Assembly (NCBI GenBank): GCA_051294375.1
Contig: CM119266.1
Coordinates: 22,854,638-22,918,637, forward strand
Origin: Paraspadella gotoi
Lineage: Eukaryota; Animalia; Chaetognatha
DNA length: 64,000 nucleotides
Direction of reading: 5' to 3'
The notes beneath the pieces are model-generated. The model saw only the letters and a list, made by a program, of their open reading frames with translations. It was not told the DNA's origin and did not search any database. Below, one piece after another: positions 52,964 to 64,000 of this stretch; within the stretch, counting starts at the first letter, position 1; each line of letters begins with the position of its first letter. The position numbers and the translations under genes were made by a program.

Positions 52964-53949
52964 AAGAGAGAGAGAACCAAAGCCAGGAGGCGTGCACGAA
53001 TGGATGAAAAAAAAAAAACGGGGGAAAAAGAAGAAAAAAAAAAGAAATTCGAAAATGAGAAACACCATTTTCGCTGGCAATCGTTGCCATTGCTGTGTAT
53101 GGCAGAATTTCTAAAATAAAAGTAGTGAACTAGAACTGCGCGTCTTTTATGGTTACCTAGTGGTGCATAAAGCTGCGTGCCTGCGAGGCCTATCTCTTTT
53201 ATCTGAACATGGGATAAGGAGGAGGAGTAGGAGGAGGAGGAGGTGATGGGTACAACTTTAAGGGAAGAAAGAGCGCGCAACACTGAATTTATGTCAACGA
53301 AAAAAATAAAAGCAGACGAAAAAAAAAGTCCTGCCAATGCTTGAAGGGGAGGCGGAAGGGGGGCGGAGGGGAAGCGAAGAAAGAAAGAGGCGAGACCATA
53401 AACAAGCGACGAGAAGAGAGGGAAAAAAAAGGGTTGTGATTTTCTCTCTCTCTCTCTCTCTTTTCTTTCTCCTTTCATTCTCCTTTTCTCTTTCTTTCCT
53501 TTGCATTTAGTTTTTTTTTTTTTGTTGTAAAAAATGGAGAAACGATGAGAAAAGTTTCTTCCACTTCTTTATCTGTTTCTCTTTCCACATAAACTTTCCC
53601 CAGCACAATACAATTTTCCACCAAAGAGACTCTTCAACTTTTTTTCTGCTTTTGCTTTATTTCAACTTTTCTTTACGTTCTGTTTCCTTCTCTCTGTTTA
53701 CTTTTTTGTTGAAATTTTACATCCTTCATTTGCATATTTGTTACAAAAATCAAAGGCTAAAAAAGAATCAGGGACTGCTAAGTATCAATCTTCCATAGAC
53801 GCACACGTGACACACATAAACACACACCCACACTCTACATCACACACAGACTGATACCACCACCACGATCAAATCCTTTCCCCCTTCTCTACCCCCTTAT
53901 CTCTTCCCTCCGATACTCTCCAGCTCGTTCGAGTGTCTCTTTCCCATGT

Positions 53950-53984
<35 letters not shown>

Positions 53985-54862
53985 ATTGAGTAAACAGAGA
54001 AACATTTGTTGGGTTTAGTCGCGTTATCTTCGCCACCCAACCGCTCGGGGCAAAGATTTCCAACCACGATTTTTCGAAAAGTAACAAACATTTTAATACG
54101 AAAGACGAAATAAAGAGAGAGAGATTACAAGATTTCGAGTGGCGAACGATTTGTTCGACTCAAATCCCCTGCCACTTCTCGTTACGAAGTTTGAGTGTGT
54201 TGAGATGAGAGGAGAGAAAGAGAGAGAGAGAGAGGAGAGAGAGAGAGAAGATTGAGAGGAGAGAGAGAGAGGGGAAGAGAGGGAGAGAAGACCTTTGGAT
54301 CGAAGATTACTCCCGGGCAAAAAACATTCAAAAAATCGGATAAGAGGTTTTTAAATATTCGATGAAATCACGTCAATGCTATTCGTTGATTAAAAAAAAT
54401 TGAAAAACTAATTCCATTACCTAGAACGCGCTATAAGGAAAAAGAGCCAGTGACTTTTTTCTTATATTTTTTTATATCGATAGATGTTGGAATGACGGGA
54501 ATATTGTAAATTTCTCAAGTTTCGCTTTAATCGCCGACCTCACTTGTGGAGAAATCCTTAAGGAAACCCATTTCAAAATTCCCACCCTTTTTTAACATTC
54601 TTGCCTTTTTAAGGATTTTCGGCCGATTCTGACTTCCTCTTACTAACTTATAATTCCCGCTAAGTTTAATTTTTTATTTCTTAAAACGAGCGAAGGGAAT
54701 CCATAACTTTCTGTTATATCTATAATTTTCTGCGTAAAAAAATATAATGAATACATTAACATTGGGATATTTATGAAAGTAAAATAGTCTCTGTGAGCCT
54801 GTGAGAGTTAAATAATTTAAAAGATTCGCCTATTTTATTTTATTTTGAAAAAATGACATTAA

Positions 54863-55728
54863 AGTGAAGTTAGTTGAACGTCTTCCAGCTCATTTCCAGT
54901 AAACATCCCCGTGTTCTCTAACATAAGAATAATTGTTTACTTTTTGCTGGTTGGAAAAGAAAAGATAAATAGTTAGGCTGGATTTGGGTGAATAATATTT
55001 TGTAGAATTTTGTTAAGCATGCTTGTATATCAGTGAAGCAAATATTTAAGTTTTGAAAAAAAAAATTATATTTTCTTTATCCAAAAAAAACTTTAAAGTA
55101 CTATAGTTACAATTTAGCCTTTTTTTCTTTTCAGGAATCACTAAAAAAGAATTTAATTTTTCATTTATTTTTATGGGGTTTCATTAGTTTTAAAATTCAT
55201 TATAATTTTGTCTTAGTTTGAACACTCACCCGTAAAGAGCGTTTCAGCAAAAATAATTCTAATATTGTTAACTTTGTATGTGCCTAATGATTATGGCTTC
55301 ATTTGGTACTATTGCCATCCCTTATCTTTGTTCCTTTCAAGAGATTACTCAGGGGAAAAATCAGTTTTTTTCTCTCAACCTTCCTTTTAATTTTCTTATT
55401 AAATTAAATTTCATTGTGCAAACCAAGACCAATGGACTTTACAATGTTGGTTTACTATGAAGAGTCTTGATCATAATGCAAAAGAAAAATTTATGCAGCC
55501 TTGAGACAAGAGGCTTTCTTAAATCTCAAATTCGCAAAGTAATATAATAGTTACATACCCTAGCCCCGTTTACAATTTTTTTGGAAAAGCCAAAAATTTC
55601 CCTTTCATTCTATAGTTAAAAACAAGGTTTTGAAAATTTCTCCGGAGTATGACTAGTGCATTTCCCCTTGGCTTGTTTGATATTAAAATCCTTTATCAAA
55701 TGCCATTAAGACGAATTTGGCTAGCTCT
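54863..55728. mobile_element. Possible degenerate non-autonomous DNA transposon bounded by TTAA (Kolobok-like termini)
   Basis: AT-rich, microsatellite-free block flanked by TTAA|AG...CT|TTAA. The ends show patchy inverted similarity (AGTTAG/AGCTAG, CGTCTT, CATTT, TAAA). Confidence 0.25.
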
Positions 55729-58155
55729 TTAAGACTATAACGCTATCGTGAAATCGTGTGTTTACAACCTGTTTTTTACCGAGAATTTTTCTGGCAATCT
55801 CGTTTGCAATTTGGGTAGTCAGATTTTTTTAACGGAAATCCTCTATTAGAAAAATGTTTGAATTTTTTTTTTAAGCGAGTTCTCGTCATACATTACCCTC
55901 TTATAGTTCGGTTGTTTTCAATATTAAGATTTATTCGACTCATCATTTATTCTTTTACGTTAAAAATCCACATCTTTTCCCTCCGCCTGTTTTCTTTACA
56001 AACGCGACGGTTCTTTCCTCTTTTTTTCCTTTCCTCCTTTCAAATCTCTGTTTCTACTCAATTCCCTTCACCCTAAGCCCCCCTTCTCCTCTCCTTTCCC
56101 CTCCCACCCTCTACCCTCTCTCCGCTTTTTCCGTCCGCGCATTAAAAGAGAAAAATACGTAACAAATGCGGTTTGAAAAGAACTCGATTGCCCACGCCGT
56201 CCTCCAGACCCATAATTTCTCACTAAATGTTAAAGAAGAGGAGAGGGGATGAGCCTTTTATCTCTGTTTTGCGCCGCCGAGAGGGATGGAGGGAGGAAAG
56301 TGGAGGAAAGGGAGGAAATTGGAGGAGACGAAAGGCACGGGAGATTTGGTGGAGACGGATCGCGTTTTTTGGTCTTTGGGAAGACCGGACAAAAAGAGAG
56401 AGGAGAGAGAGACGAGAGAGAGAGGGAGAGAGAGACGAGAGAAAGAGAGCTGACGAAGACGAGAGGAGAGAAGAGAGGAGAGCCCGATGAGTGAGCATGG
56501 TAATTCGTGAAAGAAGCGGCCGATGAAGCGTGACAAGATATTAAAAAATAAAATTAAGAATAAAAAGTTGAAAAAACTCATTAAAAAAATCTTCATACTA
56601 TTTTTTAGGATAAATTCATAGAAATTGAAATATATTTAATTAATCCTCACCAAATGTTATTAAATAATAAAAACTGTCAGAAAAAAAATATTCCCAAAAC
56701 GAGTAATCCCGTCTTTTCCCTCCACAAAAAACAACAGAGAAAACCTTGTAATGGCGCGAGAACCGCTATCCCGGGGTGCAGACAATGTAAACACCGTTAT
56801 TCATGGGCCCATTGATTCAATCCAGAGAGACAGTTTATTGTCTGTTTGAGTCCAAAAAACCCCGCGCCAACGTCGCTAAACCTCCACGGCGCACGTCGTT
56901 TTTCGTGGTGGAGGTGGATTCGCGAATCGCCTGCTACCATGAAAGGAGCGATTAGTAACGCATCGAGAGAATTCCTTCTTCTTTTCCCTTTCACCTTCGT
57001 AAACCCTTCACTCCACGTCACTTCCCACGTTTCTTGCGTCCCTTTCTCTTTCACTCCCACCACCTCCAAATCGTCTTCTGCCATTCGCTCAAAACTTCCC
57101 ACGATCGGCGAGCGAATGCGGACTTCCTGAATATCCTGCGGGGCGGGTGGCGAGCGATGTCTCTTCGCCGCTCGGTTAGGTTTTTTTTTTCAATCGCCGA
57201 CCACTTATCAAACCTTAACCAAATCTTACTCATATTTGTTTAAAAATTCTTCTTGGTCTACAAATTTATAATTCACACAGCCTTGACACAGTTGTTCAAA
57301 ATCTATTTTGTAACTTTTTTTACGACCACTTCTTCAGGAGACCGTCAAACATCTGTCCATCAAAACAGGAAACCTTTAAAAACCCCCCCCCAAAAAAAAA
57401 CCCTTTCTTCTAACGACAGAAAAACGTCAGTCAAACAAACCCGTTACCTTTTTTTTTCACATCAACCTGCTTAGCCCTCTTGTAACCCATCTCACGATGA
57501 CCATATCCCCTCGCCCCTCCCCCTTCCACCAGAGCGGCGCGATTTATTGCCTTCCGCCGTCAGCGCCTTAACAAGAAGCCATCATCGCCAGCACTAAGTC
57601 AAAGTTCCAAACGCCAGGCGAGACACAAAACGGATTTGCGGCCGACTGATTTAATTGGTCGGACTTTATTATGAATTCCTTCACTCCCTTTTTTCGTTTC
57701 TCACAAACACTCCTCTCTCTCTCTCTCTCTAAGCTCCCTCTTTCCCCTCTCTCTGTCCTCTACCCCTGTCTCAGCCCTTTCCAACATCGCACCGCGTTCG
57801 CTCGCGCCATATGAGGGGCCCAGCGAGTTTATAACGCAATAATAATAACGATTTCGCCTGCAAATAAGGGAATTATGGAACCGAAACGTGGAAACTCGAT
57901 TAGATCCTTTCAAATTCGAATGGAACGAGACTGGGCCATCCTCTTTGATTTCCCGCCTCGCTAACCCAAATTACAATGAATCGATTCGTTTTTTAAAAAA
58001 AAATAAAAAACTCTTCTACGTTAAAATTTATAATAAACTCTTCTCCTCTAATGATAGATAGCGATCAGAACGCTTCATGGAAATAAGGTAGACGTGTCCA
58101 ACGGAATCCTTTCTCACATCGCTCAATTTCTTTCAAACACCTCTCTCTCTTCTCT

Positions 58156-58193
<38 letters not shown>

Positions 58194-58198
58194 CTCTT

Positions 58199-58229
<31 letters not shown>

Positions 58230-58425
58230 TCTTCTCTCTCTCTTCTCTCTCTCTCTTTCTTCTCTCTGGGATGTTCGTGACTTCAAGATTAATTGAGAAC
58301 AAATGTGTTCTGCGATTACCTCCCAGCCTCATTGCCCCTGTTTGGATCGTTGCCTTTTAACTGGTAAATTCAAATAAAATTCATAGAAACGTTTCTTCTC
58401 TCTCTCTCTCTCTCTCTCTCTTCCT

Positions 58426-58465
<40 letters not shown>

Positions 58466-59033
58466 TCTCTCTCTCTCTCTTCTATTTCCCTCTGCCTTTT
58501 TTAACTCTATATGAAGTCTCTTGATAAACAAGCGGAAATAATTTACTTTGAATTGATTGTGTTCAAAAATTTTTTTGTTGACAGGATTGTCTTCGAAGCC
58601 AATTAAAGATGAATAGACGTGATTAAAATTCAGTCATGTTTCTCTCGGTTGGTCTAACACTTTCAAGTAAGTCGTTGAAAATTTAACTTTTATAATTTTT
58701 TTTAATCGGTAGTTTTTTTTAATTTTTAAACGATATTTTTAATAAGTTTTTTTATCCAGAATAATATCAGAAATATCAACGAAGATAATTTTAATTTTTA
58801 CGATGAAAGTTTTACATTACGTCATTTAAGATTAATTTCGAAATTTTCTCTTTCATCCGTTTTTCCGAAGCCCTCACATTTGACAGTGTTTCTGATACTT
58901 TTTATAAAAGTTTAAATTAAAAACACATTCCTATCGGATAGCACCCACTCTCCAGGAGTACAATAAGACAAACAACCTTAATTACTCTTTACACACCCTT
59001 TCAGCCCCCCCCTTTGGCACCGCCCTCTCTTAC

Positions 59034-60122
59034 ATGTAGCGACGTGTAAACTTTCCTTCAATCCATGGGTAAATGAACGGGCGCCTGTCGTTTCCGTTGT
59101 TGGTCGGCCATCTCGAGGTCGTCGGGGTATCAGGCGTCGAAGCCGTTGACCCAGCCGAGGGTCGTGGTGGGGGTGGTGGGGATGATCGTGTGGGTGAAAG
59201 GGGGTGGGGAGGAGATGGGGGTCGAGTGACGAGAGGAGGCGGAGGCTGCGTTCGGCGGCGGCGGAAAGTGTTGTGAGAGTGATGTTGCTGATGGGGCTGG
59301 AGGCTGCTGCTGTTGATGGTGAAACCGGCGGCACGAGTGGTTGCGCGCAAGCGACTGGGACAGCAGGCGACGGGCATACCCGTTTGGAGGCGGCCAGGGA
59401 ATGCGGCGGCATTGGGAGGCCCCCCTCCGGCGGGCTCCATGCCGCAAGGGCCGGCGGCGAGAGAGATAACCCTGTAGTCAGACGGACGTTTGTGGGTGGC
59501 TCTGCGGAGTCGGCCGTGGCGCCGATCAACATAGTTGGCGCCCGGCGCCAAGGTTTTGATGATGGGGCGGGAGTCCGGCGACGCCGCCCCCGGGTCCTGA
59601 GTTCATGGAGACGGGCGCTTGCGGCGTCCACCGGCGACCGGATCCTGATTTGAGTGGGCCGGATCCCCCGCCGAGCAGCCGCCCCACCGGCCCGCCCCGC
59701 CGCCTCCCGCCGTTTGCTCATTCCGTTGGCGGGGCCGTTGCTGCAATGCTGCGACGTCTGTTTGTTGCTGGCTGCTGTTGTTGCTGCTGCGACTGCATGC
59801 AACGGAAGACATGTTGTGATGAGAGGGAACGCCCGGCATCTGAGCAAGCATAGTTTACTGCGTTGTTTGGTGCCGTTAGTGTTCCTCGTAGCCCGCTGGT
59901 TCGTAAGGTTGCTAGTAAGGTGATGGGAGGCTCGCGATAGTGGTGGTGATGGTTTGGTGGCATGATGGTCGTGGTAGTAGTCGCCGGGGTAGGTGGTGGG
60001 TTGGTGCCCGTAACCGGACACCCGTAATCGTCCAGGGCGGCGGGCGGGAATTTGGGTGTCGAGCAGGTTGTTGTAGGGCGAGGCCGCCGCCGACGAACGA
60101 GGTCCATGAAAAAGGCGCTCAT
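59034..60122 (-). CDS. Dfd: Hox4/Deformed exon 1 (frameshifted in this assembly)
   Basis: Begins MSAFFMD (MSSF-type N-terminus), then (D)PKFPP..DDY and Tyr/His/Gln/Pro-rich segments spread over three frames. Ends ATTTACCCATGGATTGAAGGAAAGTTTACACGTCGCTACAT|GTAAGA, which reads IYPWMKKVHVAT after removing a few single-base insertions. The donor leaves 1 nt (T) that joins CC of exon 2, giving ...[15 protein letters not shown] in frame. Confidence 0.9.
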
Positions 60123-60399
60123 TGCTTTCTTTCCTTGTTTTTTTCCTTGTTAATGTTTATTTGAACAATATTTTTTATTCGATTTGGATCGACGTATAAA
60201 ATTTAAACGTTCTTTTTTTTTCTTTTTTCTTTTTTTCGTTTCGAGGCCCGCGTGTGAGTAGTATTTTTAATTTAATAATATTACTTTTATTTTTCATGAA
60301 CGATTGATGAGTCGAAGTGGCGAAGTTAAAAACCGTTGGAAGAAAAAAATTGAACGACAATTTAATTATTTCTTTTTCTTTTTTTTTTCGCCGATGAAA

Positions 60400-61250
60400 A
60401 CGATATTGTTAATTGAATTTTCGCTGCGTCACGCTGCGTCGGCGTCCGCGTCACGGAGACGCCACGAGTCCGAGTTCGACGTCGCCGCCATGAATCACGA
60501 AAAAAATAAACGGACGAAGGATTCGATTTTTTTTTTTTTTACGAAGACGTGAGGGGGAAAAAATAAAAAGAGCGCCGCGATCTCGCTCTCTCTTCGCGCG
60601 CGCGGTGTGGGGGAATTGAATTTGAATGAAAAAACGCGGAGACGCGACAATGAGACGGAGACAAAAACGGCGCGCTCGTTCTCTCGCGGGTGTGTTCGGC
60701 GGAGAATGGGGGGGGAAGGGGCGCGCGTGAGTAATCGCGCGAGTGAGAGAGAGAGAGAGAAGAGAGATAAAGAGCGCGAGAGAGAGAGACACGTTTTCGC
60801 GAGATTTTTTTTTTTTCGCTGTTGTTCCGTTCGTTGATGATTTACGCTTCTCGGCTCTCTCTCTCTCTCTTTTTCGTTTCACTCGCTCTCTGTCCGTTTT
60901 TTAATCTTTTACTCTCTCTCTCTCTTTATTTGTTTTTTTTTCTCTCGTCTCGTTTCTGAGGCAAAACGGGGAAGTTTCGAGTGACGTCGTCGAAAGAAGC
61001 GAAGACAGAGACAGAGACGGGGGGGGGGTGAATTCGGCTGCGAAGCCGCGACGGTGGCGTCAATGCTGCGTCGATGACGATGATGACGTCGACTGACACC
61101 CGACGGACGATTGGCGACGACGATGGCGACGACTCCGCGACGAGGCCTGTTATGATAAACTAGGAAGGAAGCGTGACTTTTTTTCGATAGGAGTGTCTAC
61201 GATGACGACGACGACGATGACGGACGATGACGACGGACGACGAATATAAA
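60400..61250 (-). promoter_or_regulatory. CpG-rich probable 5' UTR/promoter region of Hox4/Dfd
   Basis: CG-dense blocks and GAGA tracts immediately upstream of the ATG. Inr-like TCATTC (~60627) and TCAGTC (~61094) on the minus strand. The TSS cannot be determined. Confidence 0.45.
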
Positions 61251-61305
61251 GATTTATGTTCTCTCGGAGTGGAGTAACGGACGACAGAGACGAGGCAAAA
61301 ATTAA

Positions 61306-61348
<43 letters not shown>

Positions 61349-62780
61349 TTCTTCTTTCAAAACCCAGTTCTTTACTATAATGGAATTTCTAGTTACACTT
61401 GGGAAATAGTTATTTACCTTCATTTAAAATTTACATTTATTTATTAAAAAAAAACATTTATAAAATAATATACAAAGTTTTTTTTAAAAGTGATGTAAAT
61501 AATATTTATTTATATTTTCGATTTATATTAATTCTGAATTGAGCGTAATATTAGTATATTACCTTACTTCCCAATCATGTGAAATTGACGAAGAATAAAA
61601 AATATTTTTAAAAAAATTGTTGTTTCGATCATTTGTTTTCATTTCCAAGCGGCATCGGAGTGTTCTTTTTTTTTTTTTCAGCTGGCTTCGTAATCGAATA
61701 AGAGGTGTATTTTTTCATCGGCCTTCAGTTTGGACTGAGTCTCTCTTTTCTCTCTCTCTTTTTTCATGCTTCCCTCTCTTTCTCTCTCTTCTCCGGCTCT
61801 CTCTCCTTTCCGAGGCCTCTCGGTCTCAGAAAAGCCTTGAAGATATTCTTGCGTCCCGTTTCGTGCGTGTGGGTTCTGTATGCTTGAACACAACTAAGAT
61901 GCGTATTGGCTGCGTGGATTTGAATGATATGTCGAGCTCTCCTTTTCTCTCTCTCTCTCTTCGTCTTTCTCTCTCTCTCTTTCTTCTCTTTCCCTCTCTC
62001 TTTCTCCTTCTCTGTTTTTCTTCGCGTCCTCCTCCTCCTCGCTCTTCCTCGTTCTCGTCCATCGCTCGTTCTCTGTCCGCGGATTCGCCCGATCGTCGAA
62101 CGCGACGCTTCTCATTTGGTCGACTCGTTTCCGAGCGTCGTCCAGGTCCGGATTCTCATCCCGATCTTTCGGCTTCGGGCTCTCGCGCGCGATACGGCGG
62201 CCGCTCAGCGAGACGCCTGCTGCCACCTATTTTTCGAAATCGCGGAACCTCCGCTTCTCGCGGAACCTACGTTCGATGGCGACGACGACGACGACGACGG
62301 CAACTCCCGTAAGCCCGCGGGAAACGGGAGATAAATGTCAGGCCATAACCATAAAAGGAGAGAACAATAATCTTTGGGCGATAAAACACAAATGAACTCT
62401 TGAAAAGTTTGACGATAGAGTGAAAACTGCGAGCGCCGCCTTTTCGCCACTCGGCCGAACCCCCCCTCCTCCGCCCCCCCTTTACGCACACGCCCGTCAA
62501 TGGGATTCATTACGCAACAAGGTGTATAACACATGAATAATTCTTTTCAGCTCGTTACGTAAGGACGGGGTCATTACGGGACGTAAACTGTTTCAGCTGG
62601 GCCGGCGGGTTGTGTATATAAAGTGTTTGTCTGTGTGTGTGTTCGACGGGGCGTCGGGTGTGGGGTCTTTGACGGCGAATCCATGTGGCTTATAGACCGT
62701 ACCGAAGAGAGAGAGAGAGAGAGAGAGAGGAGAAGAGAGAGAGATGAGATGAGAGAGAGAGAAAGAGAAAGAGAAAGAGA

Positions 62781-62813
<33 letters not shown>

Positions 62814-63297
62814 CGACGGGAAAGAGAGAGTAAGAGACTATTTGGGAGTACCAAAACCATTTCTTAACGATTTACGTCATAAATTGGGAGTCCGGAATTT
62901 GTAACGAGTAGAGAGAGAGCAGAGAGTAAGAGAGAGAGAGAGAGGAGAGAGAGAACATTATGACGCTATATTTTTAGCTCATCGAAGGATGCAGGACAAA
63001 TTTGTTCAGGACAGGTAACTGTCGTGGTTTCTATATAGAAGCTTAAAGGACCGTCAAGCGGAGGCGAGTTGGATCTGACGAATTTGAAAACCTTCATTAG
63101 AAATAAAGAAAGAAAAAAACGGAATTTAAAAGATACGAGCGGTACAAACGCATTATGCCTTGTGAATACGACGACGAAGACGGACGAAACGACGTCAGAT
63201 GGCAAACGAGAACGAGGCTCCGCCCACCCTTTCTTTCCGATGACGGGAAGCGGATTCGCGGCATCCCTTTACGGAAACTGAACAGGTTGAGAGAAGA

Positions 63298-63350
<53 letters not shown>

Positions 63351-63858
63351 TGACAGATCGATAGATAGACGTAGAGAATAGTAGCAAGAGACTATAGTAA
63401 AAGCATCCCAACTTCCATATGATTAAAGTTTCTTTAATATTTTACAGTTAGTTTTGGCCAACGCCCCCCCACCCTTAAAAAAGACTCTCCTTGCATTGCC
63501 TGCACCCTCCTCTTTCCCTACCACCATACTACTATCAAGCACTCTCACTCTTCCTGGATTCGACTTTCCAATTCCTAACTCGACCCATTTGACCTCGCTG
63601 CCGTCGCAGCGCCGTAGTCGCCGCAGCCGCCGCAGCCGTCGCAGCCGCCGGAGAGAAAAGGACGCAGCCATTTCCGCGTACGTTGCAGCGTCGTCGATGG
63701 GAAATTCCCAGAACCCGCAATCCTTGTCTCGATTCGTTCCTTACCCATTTTTAAGGGACCCGCCCTCGCTTTAATTCAAGGCCCTTTTTCCTTCTAGTCA
63801 AAGACCCCACTCTCTATCCACTAAGCTCTACATTCTCTCTTCTCTCATCTCTCTCTCT

Positions 63859-63926
<68 letters not shown>

Positions 63927-64000
63927 CTCTCTAAATCCTCTCCTTCACCGCCTCCACAATCCTCCCTGACCTGCTTTTACATTTCCGATTTCCACTAACC

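Noticed and set aside
59034-60122. Pseudogene or programmed frameshifting in Hox4 exon 1
   Set aside because: The insertion-biased indel pattern matches raw long-read patches elsewhere in the window, and exon 2 and the splice sites are intact.
62996-63017. Minus-strand TACCTGTCCTGAACAAATTTGT resembling miR-10, at the expected side of Hox4
   Set aside because: The seed is imperfect, several gaps are needed and no complementary star arm follows. Part of the similarity comes from a local ACAAATTTGT palindrome.

Overview
Animal (invertebrate-type) genomic DNA from a gapped draft assembly that was partly patched with error-prone, insertion-biased long-read sequence. It is very rich in GA/TC and GAC microsatellites. 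The one well-supported gene is a two-exon Hox paralogue-group-4 (Deformed/Hox4) gene on the minus strand. Exon 1 (60122-59034) carries MSAFFM, DPKFPP and the IYPWMKKVHV hexapeptide, but is broken by apparent read indels. A ~20.9 kb phase-1 GT-AG intron follows. Exon 2 (38169-37685) is clean and holds the homeodomain, LPNTK and Ala/Gln runs. No second homeobox and no convincing miR-10 or miR-993 is visible. Downstream, ~17.3-23.1 kb is a noisy second copy of neighbouring sequence, probably an overfilled-gap artefact, which may expose a second haplotype. That copy lacks (i) a ~5.4 kb segment containing a ~3.2 kb array of a 70-bp unit that folds into two hairpins, plus a 22-bp minisatellite, and (ii) a ~460 bp terminally repeated element from a small dispersed family. 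Other leads are a 73-nt intronic hairpin, paired CCAAT/E2F promoter-like modules and several homeodomain-site clusters. I cannot demonstrate a new biological system from sequence alone. The structured 70-bp array and the terminally repeated element are the best candidates for follow-up.
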